64,000 bases of DNA from Eledone cirrhosa (GCA_964016885.1 OZ024757.1:24304001-24368000); one strand, 5' to 3'. Counted from the stretch's first letter, positions 1-11,934 are shown. Notes: generated by a model from the letters alone, not told the origin. Numbers and translations are program-made.

Positions 1-57
1 GCCATTGAAATCTTTAAAGGAACATCACTAGTCCGGCCTTCTGTTGTTTTAATCAAA

Positions 58-136
<79 letters not shown>

Positions 137-307
137 CATTATTTATATACTCCATTCCTGCACCAGCCTATGGATTCAATATGAATGTTGGATGAGTTGT
201 GTAACGTAATGCTTTTTCTACTATTGCATGATTTCTCACGAATGAAACAGTTCTAGTGCTGTAGAACCTCTTCTATATTAAAATATATATACATATATAT
301 ATATATC

Positions 308-491
308 TGTTTCTACTTTAGGCACAAGGCCAGCAATTACCCAGTTCATTACTGGTACTTTATTTTATCGACCCCGTAAGGATGAAAGGCAAAGTCAACC
401 TCGGCGGGATTTGAACTCAGATCGTAAAGGGACGTAACTATGCTGGAAAGCATGGCGTCCGACCCTCTACCGATACTGCCAATCCACTGCC
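308..491 (-). mobile_element. tRNA-derived SINE, family A (~185 bp), full length
   Basis: Minus strand has Pol III A-box-like TGGCAGTATCGG and B-box GAGTTCAAATCC, then body GCCTTTCATCCTTACGGGGTCGATAAAATAAAGTACCAG; about 12 near-identical copies in the window. Confidence 0.9.
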
Positions 492-794
492 TATATATAT
501 CAACAATCACACGGTCACCCAAATATGTGTGTGTGTGTGTGTGTAATGTTATGACCAGGTTGAAGTAGTTAATTATTCTATTATTTTTTACGATCGTTTC
601 AATGAACGAAATTATCGATAATTTTCTTCACTGAACCGCTCGTAAAACAAAATATTAACTACACTGCACTTTGCCTCATTCTGTCATTATTTAACGTAAT
701 ATATCTGACTCTGAGGTTTTGAATACTCAACGATATGTATATACTTTGTAAACATTTTTGGTATGGATGGGAAAGCGGAGGGAAAATAGGGGTT

Positions 795-1330
795 AGTATC
801 AAGTCCACTCCAGAAGAGAGGGTCAGGCAATTATCATATCTTTAGTGGAGATGGACAGAGAAATAGGTGCTGGAGTCCAGTCCAGAAAACAGACTCAGAT
901 TCCACATGATTGGTGATTATTGGAAGGTGCACAGAAAACTACAGGCTGGAGTCCAGTCCGGACAGTCCGGCTGCTACACCTTTGGCAAAAGTGACCAGAT
1001 GAACAGAGGAATATTGTCTGATCCAAAAGAGAGGGACAGTCCTGTATCACATCTTTGGTGAGGGTGGGGGTGATAGACAGAGGAACATAGACAAGTGTTC
1101 ACTCAGGACAGTCCGGTATTCCATCTTTGGCACAAGTGACAAGATGGACTGAAGAATATGTTCAATGTCCTGTCCAGAAGAAAAGGTCAGTCAAATATTA
1201 CATCTTTGGTGAGGTTGGCCAGATGGACAAAGAAATATAGACAAATGTCTTGCCTAGAAAACAGACTGTCCGGAATAACATTTTTGGTGAGGATGGGAAG
1301 ATGGACAGACGAATTTCGACCAATGTCCAG
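795..1330. repeat. Degenerate ~60-70 bp tandem repeats
   Basis: Recurring motifs GTCCAG(A/T), CATCTTTGG(T/C), GATGGACAGAG(A/G)AATA. Confidence 0.5.
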
Positions 1331-1649
1331 TGAATCGTGGGTCAACTTAATCAAGGCCCATCCTGATTGGACTAAACAACATCAACATGTATTTCCAAAT
1401 GAGGTTTTCTGCAGTGGCTAATATTTATGAATTGTTCCGTAGCCAAACCGGAAATGAATGTAACAAAATGTCTGCCGAACAAAAGTGAAATAAAATGTCA
1501 GGAAAACGTGACATGGCACCATATTTAAATGTCTGTGTGGCCTGTGAAGTTATGTGCTGACGGTGTTAGGTCGAGATATAATTACTCACAATTGGAAAAT
1601 GTCGGAAATACATCGAACTTTAAACAAAGAGAGGGAAATAGGGAGAGAC

Positions 1650-1706
<57 letters not shown>

Positions 1707-2167
1707 GACATAGAAAGAGAGAGAGAGAGAGAGAGAGGGGGGAGGGGGCATGTGTTAGACTTATAAAGAACTGTAAATAGAGATATATGATGTCGGAAAC
1801 CTTTAAAGCCAACTTTATATAGTAAACCATTTAAGGAATTTAATCAGTGACGCTATCACCATGAGAAAACAACAGTCAAGTTCGCAGTGAAATATTTAAT
1901 GAAGTTAGCATAAAAAATAACTAATTGCAAATAATTACTGCGTGCGAAAATGTTTTATTTATTTCCACAAGAACAGGAAACAGTCTGACATGTTTCGGTG
2001 TTATTAGTCCCCTTCAGCGAATTATTGACTACATTCATCGCAGTTGTCGAAGTAGTGATGACAAAATCATTGCCAAAGAGGTGGACAATATTTGTGCGTG
2101 TGTGTGTGTTGTAGGTATTTTAAATTCATATTGGTACATAAATTGTATAGAGCTTAACTGAGACTGC

Positions 2168-2219
<52 letters not shown>

Positions 2220-2223
2220 GTAT

Positions 2224-2275
<52 letters not shown>

Positions 2276-2276
2276 G

Positions 2277-2315
<39 letters not shown>

Positions 2316-2318
<3 letters not shown>

Positions 2319-2920
2319 AGGTCACCACTTGGTGCTACTGGTAACATGTATCCCAGTACAACCTGTCTCATGGTCGGGTCGTTGGCGACTAAACTGGCAA
2401 CCCCACCAAGGTTTCTTGGTGAGGAGGGTGACTTTGGGCATCCTGCAGGACTAAAAACAAAACCTGTCAAAGGGCAAACAGCTCTTAAGAGTCAATGGCC
2501 ATCCAGAATCACCGGGAGAGATGACCCCTTAGCCTTTGTCAAGGCAGAATTCTAGGAGAAGGAAAACTCTGATATAGCACCTGCAACCCTGATGGTGTCC
2601 AATGATGTTGACTTGTTCTTCTTTTTGGTAGGTGTCGTCTTGGTTGGGGGAGTGGGACTGGCTTTGTGCAGTGCCTTTGCTCACTATAAAAGCTTCACGG
2701 CACAGGCATTGCTTTGTATCTGGAGATCTCTCTGCGCTTGTCGTCACATGGTGCCGTGGGCCTAGCACTATGTGTCAGTGATTGTCACAGGTGTGGTGTT
2801 TGTGCCGGAGTTTTCAAGTCGCTGGCTGGACTGGAGGGTCAGTCGTTCGGCGCATCGGTGGAGGTTCTCCTGCATGGATGTGAAGTAGTGGCCGTACTCG
2901 AAAACGAGTTGGCAGCCACC
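2316..2920 (+). mobile_element. ~600-bp non-autonomous RTE-related retroelement, A-to-G hypermutated copy
   Basis: Aligns with copies at 3191, 31607, 38698 and 57681; 5' ~200 bp resembles the putative RTE 5' UTR at 39300 and 49360; (ATGT)n tail. Confidence 0.85.
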
Positions 2921-3190
2921 ATGTATGTATGTATGTGTGTATATATATGTATATGTATGTATGTGTGTATATGTGTGTTTGTGTGTATGTGTGTGTATAT
3001 ATATATTTGTATGTATGTGTGTGTATATATATATTTGTATGTATGTGTGTATATGTATGTATGTATGTGTGTATATATATGTATGTATGTATGTGTGTAT
3101 ATATATGTATGTATGTATGTGTGTATATGTATGTATGTATGTATGTGTGTATATATATGTATGTATGTATATATATGTATGTATATACGT

Positions 3191-3735
3191 GTCATGGTCG
3201 GGTCGTTCGCGACTAAACTGGCAACCCCACCAAGGTTTCTTGGTGAGGAGGGTGACTTTGGGCATCCTGCAGGACTAAAAACAAAACCTGTCAAATGACT
3301 TAAGAGTCAATGGCCATCCAAAATCACAGGGAGAGATGACCCCTTAGCCTTTGTCAAGGCAGAATTCTAGGAGAAGGAAAACTCTGATATAACACCTGCA
3401 ACCCTGATGGTATATCCAATGATGTTGACTTGTTCTTCTTTTTGGTAAATATCATCTTGGTTAAGAGAGTGGGACTGGCTTTGTGCAGTGCCTTTGCTCA
3501 CTATAAAAGCTTCACGGCACAGGCATTGCTTTATATCTGGAGATCTCTCTGCACTTGTCGTCACATGGTACCATGGGCCTAGCACTGTGTGTCAATAATT
3601 GTCACAAGTGTAGTGTTTGTACCAGAGTTTTCAAGTCGCTGGCTGGACTAAAGTCACATTCGTTCAGCGCATCGGTAGGGGTTCTCCTACATGGATATAA
3701 AGTAGTGGCCGTACTCGAAAACGAGTTGGCAGCCA

Positions 3736-3737
<2 letters not shown>
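3191..3737 (+). mobile_element. 600-bp non-autonomous element, 5'-truncated copy
   Basis: Same sequence as 2316-2920 without the A-to-G cluster; ends TTGGCAGCCACC before a microsatellite. Confidence 0.85.
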
Positions 3738-3823
<86 letters not shown>

Positions 3824-3962
3824 TAATAAATAAACAGAGAACAAAAACAGAAAAACGAAGAGGCAATACAAATGATATTAGTATTAGTTTCACGCTTGAG
3901 AGTGGGGGGTGGTAGAGAGAGAGAGAGAGAGAGACCCCATTTTCACCGTTTACATTCGCCAT

Positions 3963-4109
3963 CTTTCCAGCATAGTTACGTCCCTTTACGATCTGAGTTC
4001 AAATCTCGCCGAGGTTGACTTTGCCTTTCATCCTTACGGGGGTCGATAAAATAAAGTACCAGTAATGCACCGGGTAATTGCTGGCCTTGTGCCTAAAGTA
4101 GAAACAATT
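3963..4109 (+). mobile_element. SINE family A, 5'-truncated
   Basis: B-box and body match the other family A copies. Confidence 0.85.
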
Positions 4110-4475
4110 ATGAGTTTCCTATGAAGGGTCTTTTGAGTAACATTACTCGATAGATTGCGTAGCTCGGAGATCCGAGAATCACTCCAGGTAGGGCCGCTAC
4201 TTCTCCGAATTGAGAGACCACAGCTCCGATACTTTAGACATGTGGTTAGAATGTCTCAGAAAAGAATCGGTGGACAGATGATTTTAGGGGCCAAGCGAAC
4301 CGACAGGGACCACAGGGATCGACTCCGAGCAAGATGGTCAGATAACATCCATGAGCTTGGTTGGTCTCACTTGAGGACCCAGCCGGATCAGTTGGAGATA
4401 GTTGCTTATGACATGACCTACTGGAAAGTGTGTTGGAGGACTCTGACCCCAAGACCCTCCCAGGAATAAATAAGC
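4110..4475 (+). pseudogene. RTE-clade LINE 3' fragment
   Basis: ORF RSSEIRESLQVGPLLLRIERPQLRYFRHVVRMS...RARWSDNI is a typical RTE C-terminus; homologous to 41230-41410. Confidence 0.85.
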
Positions 4476-4739
4476 AAAGAAGAAGAATAGGATATAGAAA
4501 TGGAATCACGTCACATTTTACACTTTTCCCCTTGAATTGAAATAAATCCTAAATATTCTTAATCGATTTTCCTACTTATTCTACCTTTTCCAACTTTTTC
4601 TACCTTTGTAAATGAATTATTTACGCTGAGCTCACATAAATTAGAACAAATCTGAAAGCTTATAGAGACACACTTATATATATATATATATTGACACATA
4701 CACACACACATACATATATAATGTGCATATGTGTGTGCG

Positions 4740-4847
4740 TGTGTGAATGTATGTCAATAGATGTGTGTGTGTGTGTGAATGTATGTCAATATTTGTGTGT
4801 GTGAATGTATGTCAATATTTATGTGTGTGTGAATGTATGTCAATATA

Positions 4848-4878
<31 letters not shown>

Positions 4879-4960
4879 GAATGTATGTATATGTCTATCA
4901 ATGTCAGGTCGCTCAATATATATGTGTGTGTGAATGTATGTCAATATTTATGTGTGTGTG

Positions 4961-4992
<32 letters not shown>

Positions 4993-5261
4993 AATGTGTG
5001 TATATGTCTATCAATGTCAGGTCGCTCAATATATATGTGTGTGTGAATGTATGTCAATATTTATGTGTGTGTGTGTGTGTGAATGTATGTATATGTCTAT
5101 CAATGTCAGGTCGCTCAATATATATGTGTGTGAATGTATGTCAATATTTATGTGTGTATATATATATATATATGTGTGTGTGCGTGTGTGAATGTATGTA
5201 TATGTCTATCAATGTCAGGTCGCTCAATATATATGTGTGTGTGAATGTATGTCAATATTTA

Positions 5262-5313
<52 letters not shown>

Positions 5314-5343
5314 CGTGTGAATGTATGTATATGTCTATCAATG
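4740..5343 (+). repeat. Complex tandem repeat of (GT)n plus ATGTCTATCAATGTCAGGTCGCTCAAT units
   Basis: Four units contain TGTCAGGTCGCTC, the 5' terminus of the adjacent element. Confidence 0.7.
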
Positions 5344-5901
5344 TCAGTTCGCTCTTCAGCGCTACTGGTAACATGTAACCCAGTACAACCCGTGCATGGT
5401 CGGGTCGGCGGCAACTAAACCGGCAACCCCACCAAGCTTGCTTAGTGAGGAGGGTGAATTTGGAAACCCTGCAGGATGAAAAACAAAACCCATCAAAAGG
5501 CGGAGGAACTCAGGAGAGTCAATGGCCATCCAATAAAGTTTGTTTTTTTCAATTTCTTTTTTTTTGTGTGTGGAGCGAGATACTCCTGGTCTCCATTAAG
5601 ACATCCCTCCAGGAGAAGGTCACTCTGATATAAAACCTACGACTTCGTTTCCATCCAATAACGTAGACCAGTTTTTGGGGGCAAATGCATTCGATGTTCA
5701 GAGAGTGGGATTGACCCCGTGCAAAGTCTTTCTTCATTTAAAAAAAGCTTCAAGCACAGATATCGCTTGATATGTGACATTTTTTGCAATGCAAGGTATT
5801 GCTGGCCATAGGCAAGCCCCTTACAGGACTAAAAAGCCACGTCTGTGATGCTCATGATTAACTATCAAGCGATGGCATTACTCGAAATCGAGTTACAGCC
5901 A
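5343..5901 (+). mobile_element. 600-bp non-autonomous element, diverged subfamily 2
   Basis: Colinear with 2316-2920 (GCTACTGGTAACATGTA...ACTCGAAATCGAGTTACAGCCA); sibling at 35470-35770. Confidence 0.8.
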
Positions 5902-5941
5902 TCATATATATACACATATATATATACATATATATATATAC

Positions 5942-5974
<33 letters not shown>

Positions 5975-5982
5975 CATATATA

Positions 5983-6025
<43 letters not shown>

Positions 6026-6145
6026 CGTTTTTTCCCGTTCTTTGCCAGCGAACGTTACCACGAACCAAAGTATCGTCTTCCTGTCTTCCTCCGGTTGCAA
6101 CGTTTTTTGAAATATCCAGTTCTGCGTTTACAGATTGACTTTGTT

Positions 6146-6215
6146 AGTTTCAGAAGATCCCGTTAAGGGTGAAAGCAGCGATTCTTTGCTTAAACTTTAA
6201 TCTGTTATTTTAATA
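6146..6215 (+). mobile_element. PLE-type terminal fragment with hammerhead-like CAGAAGA-stem II-GAAA motif
   Basis: Shared with 7806-7853, 46210-46320 and 60060-60285. Confidence 0.5.
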
Positions 6216-6216
6216 A

Positions 6217-6250
<34 letters not shown>

Positions 6251-6445
6251 ATATATATATAAATCCGGGTGATGCTGACAGGTGGGAGAATGAGAACTCA
6301 ATACCGAAGTAGAGTTTAAATATTCTTTATTATGGCTAAGTTATGAGTCTTGATACTCTGTAGTTTTGCCTGTGTACTCACAGGATCCTCAGATGAGACA
6401 AGTGTGACAAGCAGATCGTATAAACAACGGAAAGCTCAGTAGAAG

Positions 6446-6500
6446 TGTCTCGTCTGATGATCCTCTGGGTACAGAGGTGAAACTCCAGAGTAACCAGACT
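6446..6500 (+). ncRNA. Type I hammerhead ribozyme in a diverged inverted repeat (6327-6524)
   Basis: gtctcgt-CTGATGA-tCCTCTGggtaCAGAGGt-GAAA-CTCcaGAG-TA-accagac; degenerate antisense copy at about 6342-6400. Confidence 0.8.
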
Positions 6501-6899
6501 CATCATGTAGCTATAATAACGAATTTATATATATATATATATATACTTTGGCAGTGTGATGCTGCACCTGTTGGTTTTCACTTCAAATTATTATAAACTC
6601 CCAGTCGGTTAGTTTAATAGCCGGATGGTTATTAAACTAACCGACGGCGTATAGTCATTGATTACCAAAGCTCTTTCATCACACATTCTATGACCTCCTC
6701 AGTGACTACATTTGTTGTTATTTCGTGTCTCTCCTTTTCCTTTATTCTGTCCAAGACCATCTTGTCTTTGTGAGCTGTTTTTGGTACTTGGGCTGCGCAT
6801 GCGTTATATTCGTGTTTGTTGGTTGCTTTTCTATCTCTGTGTGTCTGGTTTGTTTTATTAGTTTAGTTATTGTGTATCTCTGTATGTCTTTATTTTGTC

Positions 6900-7292
6900 T
6901 TTAGTTACAAGTTGTGATGTTGTTGCTCTTCCATTCATATTTTCTGTTTAGATTTGGTTGCAGTTCGTTTATGTTTGTCGCTTCTGTAATCTGTCGAATC
7001 ACTGCGTCTCGACTGTGTTTTTTTTATATGGTTTTATCTCGATATTCTCTAGCGCGCCCCCATGTGCGATTCTGGCATGTTGTTGGAGTACTGATCAGTT
7101 CTGCTCACCTTGGAGTTCTCGCCAGTGTTCACTTATCCTTTCTCCTATGTTACGGACCGTCACACCTATGTAAGTCATGTTCCTCTTCCGACACTGACCT
7201 TCTGTGCACCTTATGCTATATATTACGTTCCAAGTTTTGCAGTTAATGTGAGGGCTTAATTTGCAGAATATACATTTTCTTATGGGTGCATG
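6900..7292 (-). pseudogene. Penelope-like element GIY-YIG endonuclease fragment (Neptune/Naiad-type Cys linker)
   Basis: Manual translation: CIFCKLSPHINCKTWNVIYSIRCTEGQCRKRNMTYIGVTVRNIGERISEHWRELQGEQN*SVLQQHARIAH...RQITEATNINELQPNLNRKYEW; contains a stop and frameshifts; homolog at 47135-47850. Confidence 0.85.
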
Positions 7293-7388
7293 GTTTTTTT
7301 TTTCTCAAAAGGGAACTCCAACAGCATGCTAGAATGGAACGTGGGGGCACACTGTTGAGAAAATACAAAAACGATGTATAAATATACA

Positions 7389-7548
7389 ACATATTAAACT
7401 TATGCTAACATATCAATTTAGGGGACTGCAAGTCAGACCGACTAATATAAGTTAGTCTAACTTATATAACTATGAGTTATTAAGTTATTTTAGTCGGTCT
7501 CACTTGCAGTCCCCTAAATCGAGATTTTACCATAATTTTAATATGTTA
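7389..7548. repeat. Imperfect inverted repeat (fold-back)
   Basis: ATTTAGGGGACTGCAAGTCAGACCGACTAA / TTAGTCGGTCTCACTTGCAGTCCCCTAAAT. Confidence 0.8.
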
Positions 7549-7634
7549 AATTACTTCTCTGAATGTGATATTATTTTACCTTTATATTTTATCCATTCAT
7601 TGAGATAAGTATTAGAAACAAATAACTTTGTAAT

Positions 7635-7691
<57 letters not shown>

Positions 7692-7743
7692 AGGAAACAT
7701 AACAAACACAGGGTTGCAAAAATACACACATACACACACACAC

Positions 7744-7811
<68 letters not shown>

Positions 7812-8594
7812 TAACAGATTAAAGTTTAAGCAAAGATCGGTGCTTTCACTCTTGTATGTATGTATGTATATATGTATATAAAATACGGTGAAAGCTATTC
7901 TATTTTCTAATTTCAAACCTGCTCACTGTTTCAAAACATACTTGTCATATATATATATAGAGAATTCACAAGAATCAAAGCTATGTTCAAAGAATTTATT
8001 CACTTACAATTGTTTCATCCAAACCTAGGCTTGGTGTCTTCGGAGCATTTTTCAATGCTTGTACATATAATTGACCTCCTATCCAACGTAAGAGACATAC
8101 AGATACATATATATATATATTGATGTACAGTGGAGTGACATATATTATACTTTACTATATTTGTACAGCAATTCAAATTTAAAATCAAAATTAAAATACA
8201 TGCGGCAGGTAACACAGATAATGCAAGAGGATAGTTCGATAATCAGATCTAGTAGATAGTGTATGCGTTAGTCATACATGGAGCATGCAAGTGTGTCTCA
8301 TTTATATACGAGTATTGTGTGGCAAGGTGTTACATGTAATGCAAGCAGTTTAAGCGGGTAAGCAAGAGTATTATGGTGGTTGTAGTGGGAGGGTATTTTT
8401 TGTATAGATAAAAAAAGTATGTGTGCAGAAAAAGAAAAAGAAAAAGAGAGTTATAGTTTTTGCATCCACCACCATTTTCACATTCAGAAAAAGGAAGTTA
8501 TAGTTTTCACATCCATCACATATGTTACGATGAATATATATATATATATATATATTTAAGAGTTAAACAAGGTTCAATGAATACATCAAAGATG

Positions 8595-8661
8595 TATTTT
8601 ATCTGATGAGGACGTACTGTTGAACTTAACTCAGTACCTCTGAAATATGAATAATAAAATA
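8595..8661 (+). ncRNA. Minimal type I hammerhead ribozyme
   Basis: TATTTTAT-CTGATGA-ggacGTACTG...CAGTACctct-GAAA-TatgaA-TA-ATAAAATA. Confidence 0.8.
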
Positions 8662-8791
8662 TAATTGATCTCAAGAATATCTATTTTGTTAATATTTTGA
8701 ATTAATATTATATATATATATATATTAGTTTCTTATATACATACATACATTTCTCCCGAATGAAACAGTTCTAGTTCTGTAGAAGCCTTTT

Positions 8792-8828
<37 letters not shown>

Positions 8829-8994
8829 ATATAGAAAGGCTTCTACAGAACTAGAACTGTTTCATTCGGGAGAAATGTATGTATGTATATAAGAAACTAA
8901 GGTATTTTTAAATGTCCCACACGGGTAAAAGTATAAGGAAACGAAATTGAAAATGTATCTGGAGTTCAGTTGCCTTTTCAGTTTATATATATAC

Positions 8995-9034
<40 letters not shown>

Positions 9035-9074
9035 TTCAAAATATTAACAAAATAGATATTCTTGAGATCAATTA

Positions 9075-9141
9075 TATTTTATTATTCATATTTCAGAGGT
9101 ACTGAGTTAAGTTAAACAGTACGTCCTCATCAGATAAAATA
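9075..9141 (-). ncRNA. Minimal type I hammerhead ribozyme (inverted copy of 8595-8661)
   Basis: Arm 9026-9181 is the near-perfect reverse complement of 8555-8710. Confidence 0.8.
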
Positions 9142-9183
9142 CATGTTTGATGTATTCATTGAACCTTGTTTAACTCTTAAAAA

Positions 9184-9214
<31 letters not shown>

Positions 9215-9669
9215 TACTTTCACTCTCTTGCTTCCTCTCACGCATATTATATTAATACACCCCCTCAATGATTCAATTTCCCTATTTCGGTGCAATTTAC
9301 AAAAATGACGCTATCCCGCTCCACCCGCGACCACTACTTCTGTTGTCTGACATTTACTTAACATTTACAGGCAAGGCGAGAATTGTACACGAAATCTCTT
9401 GAAACGAAACACAGCAGTTGTGTTCATATATATACACATATATGTGTGTGTGTGTGCATATGTGTATATATGTGTATATATATGTATGTGTATGTGTGTG
9501 TGTGTGTATGCATATGTGTATATATGTGTATATATATATATGTATGTGTGTGTGTATGTCTGTCGGTGAATGTACATACGTATATGCATACATAAATGCG
9601 TACATGCATACACGTATATTTGTGTATCTCTAAATGCATATTTATGTATATATATTATATTACAATATT

Positions 9670-9898
9670 TATTTATGTTCATACGCGGGACAAAACTGCT
9701 CTGTAAGGTTTCAAGGTCCACCATTAATCATATTTCCAGAATGTATGAGCAATCAAAGTTGTGACCTTATCATGAAAACACGTCTCAACGCCTGAAGATT
9801 TGCTCACAATGTTGATCCCTATTACATTCTGAAGATGTGGTTATTATTGAACCTTGAAACCTTGGGTAGCGCTTTTGTCAGTGTATGAACTTAAATAT
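9670..9898. mobile_element. Diverged fold-back element with possible long-stem-II hammerhead (9789-9871, +)
   Basis: Arms ATTTATGTTCATAC...AAGGTTTCAAGGT / ACCTTGAAACCTT...GTATGAACTTAAAT; cgc-CTGAAGA...GAAA-CCttgGG-TA-gcg; stem II unconvincing. Confidence 0.5.
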
Positions 9899-9944
9899 AT
9901 GATATATCACCTCTCTTCTCCATTGAACACTTTTTCACACCTAC

Positions 9945-9975
<31 letters not shown>

Positions 9976-10055
9976 CTATCCAGATGGCTTCCAAAAATAA
10001 TGGTGGCATTTTAAAAGGGTACGTCAAAGCTTATTTGTAAAACTGTTATATATTG

Positions 10056-10120
10056 TATTTTGTCTGATGAAGGCATACCATAATTTAATTTGGTATCCCT
10101 GAAATATGTATAATGAAATA
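10056..10120 (+). ncRNA. Minimal type I hammerhead ribozyme, family H1
   Basis: TATTTTGT-CTGATGA-aggcATACCA...TGGTATccct-GAAA-TatgtA-TA-ATGAAATA. Confidence 0.85.
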
Positions 10121-10402
10121 AATATGGTTTTATAAATATAGTTTCCATTTATTAATATCGTATATCTACTCCAAATACTTGTCGAGTGCTTCATATCAGT
10201 TATAAAAATATTTACTTGTTGTATCCCAACAATTTAAATAGAACTTCTGCATATATATATATATATATGCAGAAGTTATATTTAATTTGTTGGGATTCAA
10301 CAAGCTTAAAATATTTTATAACTGATATAAAGCACTCAACAAGTTAGTGGAGTAAATACACAATATATTAATAAATGGAAACTATATTTATAAAACCATA
10401 TT

Positions 10403-10468
10403 TATTTTATTATATATATTTCAAGGGCAACCAAGACAAATTATGGTGCGCTTTCATCAGATAAAATA
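10403..10468 (-). ncRNA. Minimal type I hammerhead ribozyme, family H1
   Basis: Reverse complement reads TATTTTAT-CTGATGA-stem II-GAAA-TatatA-TA-ATAAAATA; tail-to-tail with the 10056 copy across (TA)n at ~10255. Confidence 0.85.
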
Positions 10469-10624
10469 CAGATTTGTTTTATAAATAAATATTGACATAC
10501 CCGGAAAAAAGACAACCTTAACGGTTGGAGCTTCCTGGATTGTTCCTTGGTGGCCCTTGAAATATATATAATAAAATAAATATGGTTTTATAAATATAGT
10601 TTCCATTTATTAATATAATGTATT

Positions 10625-10656
<32 letters not shown>

Positions 10657-10703
10657 CAATATATATATATATATATATAGAAAGAGAGAAAGAGATGTGT
10701 GTG

Positions 10704-10734
<31 letters not shown>

Positions 10735-10753
10735 GTAAATGTGTGAGTGTGTG

Positions 10754-10790
<37 letters not shown>

Positions 10791-11065
10791 GTATGTATAT
10801 AAATGTGTGTGAGTGTATATATATATATGTATGTATGTATATAAATGTGTGTGTGAGCGTATATATATATATATATGTATGTATGTATATAAATGTGTGT
10901 GAGTGTATATATATGTATGTATGTATATAAATGTGTGAGTGTGTATATATATATGTATGTATATAAATGTGTGTGAGTGTATATATATATGTATGTATGT
11001 ATGTATATAAATGTGTGTGAGTGTATATATATATGTATGTATGTATATAAATGCGTGTGTGAGTG

Positions 11066-11124
<59 letters not shown>

Positions 11125-11599
11125 ATAAATGTGTGTGAGTGTATATATATATATATGTATGTATGTATATAAATGTGTGTGAGTGTATATATATATATAT
11201 GTATGTATGTATATAAATGTTTGTGAGTGTATATATATATGTATGTATGTATATAAATGCGTGTGTGAGTGTATATATATATATATATCTATATGTATGT
11301 ATGTATGTATATAAATGTGTGTGAGTGTATATATATATATGTATGTATGTATATAAATGCGTGTGAGTGTATATATATATATGTATATATGTATATAAAT
11401 GTTTGTGAGTGTATATATATATATATGTATGTATGTATATAAATGTGTCTGAGTGTTTAGATATATATATATACTTGTTTGCCTTTATATATACACTCAC
11501 ACACACATTTATATACATACATATATATAATGTATGTATGTATATAAATATGTGTGTGAGTGTGTATATATATATGTATGTATATAAATGTGTGTGTGA

Positions 11600-11667
<68 letters not shown>

Positions 11668-11934
11668 ACAAACAAGTAGGCAGATAGATCAATAACATCT
11701 GCTCAATCAATACCGATCAGGATGATCGGGAGATGAACAACAACAAGAGAGGTCCTAACGGAGAAGGAAGCCCTAGCTACTCTATGACATGTTGGTCACG
11801 TCTGGATGGTCTAAGATCATAGTTCTACTAGGGTTCACTCGGTATTATGCAACAGCAAGAACAATTTGCTATCTAATATCATCAGAACTGCTCCAGTGCG
11901 GCCGTGGTGCTGTTCCGTTGATCGTAATTAATGT

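Noticed and set aside
308-491. SINE heads as tRNA genes
   Set aside because: A and B boxes are present, but no cloverleaf is evident and they are fused to multicopy SINE bodies with TSDs.
2529-2768. Recurrent 79-aa ORF MLGPWYHVTTSAERSPD... in several copies
   Set aside because: It recurs only because the repeat is multicopy; it has a non-ATG start, is antisense to the element and has no recognisable domain.
2506-2882. APOBEC editing or CpG decay as the cause of the A/G differences
   Set aside because: The sibling copies share A at nearly all of these sites, so G is most simply the derived state, and most sites are not in CpG context.
7095-7097. In-frame TGA in the PLE endonuclease as selenocysteine (reported for some Naiad elements)
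   Set aside because: It aligns to Ser (TCA) in the 47-kb homolog rather than a conserved Cys, and the copy is otherwise decayed.
10610-11710. Long YI/HT/CV-rich ORFs here and throughout the ORF track
   Set aside because: They are translations of (TA)n, (CA)n and (ATGT)n microsatellites that lack stops by composition.
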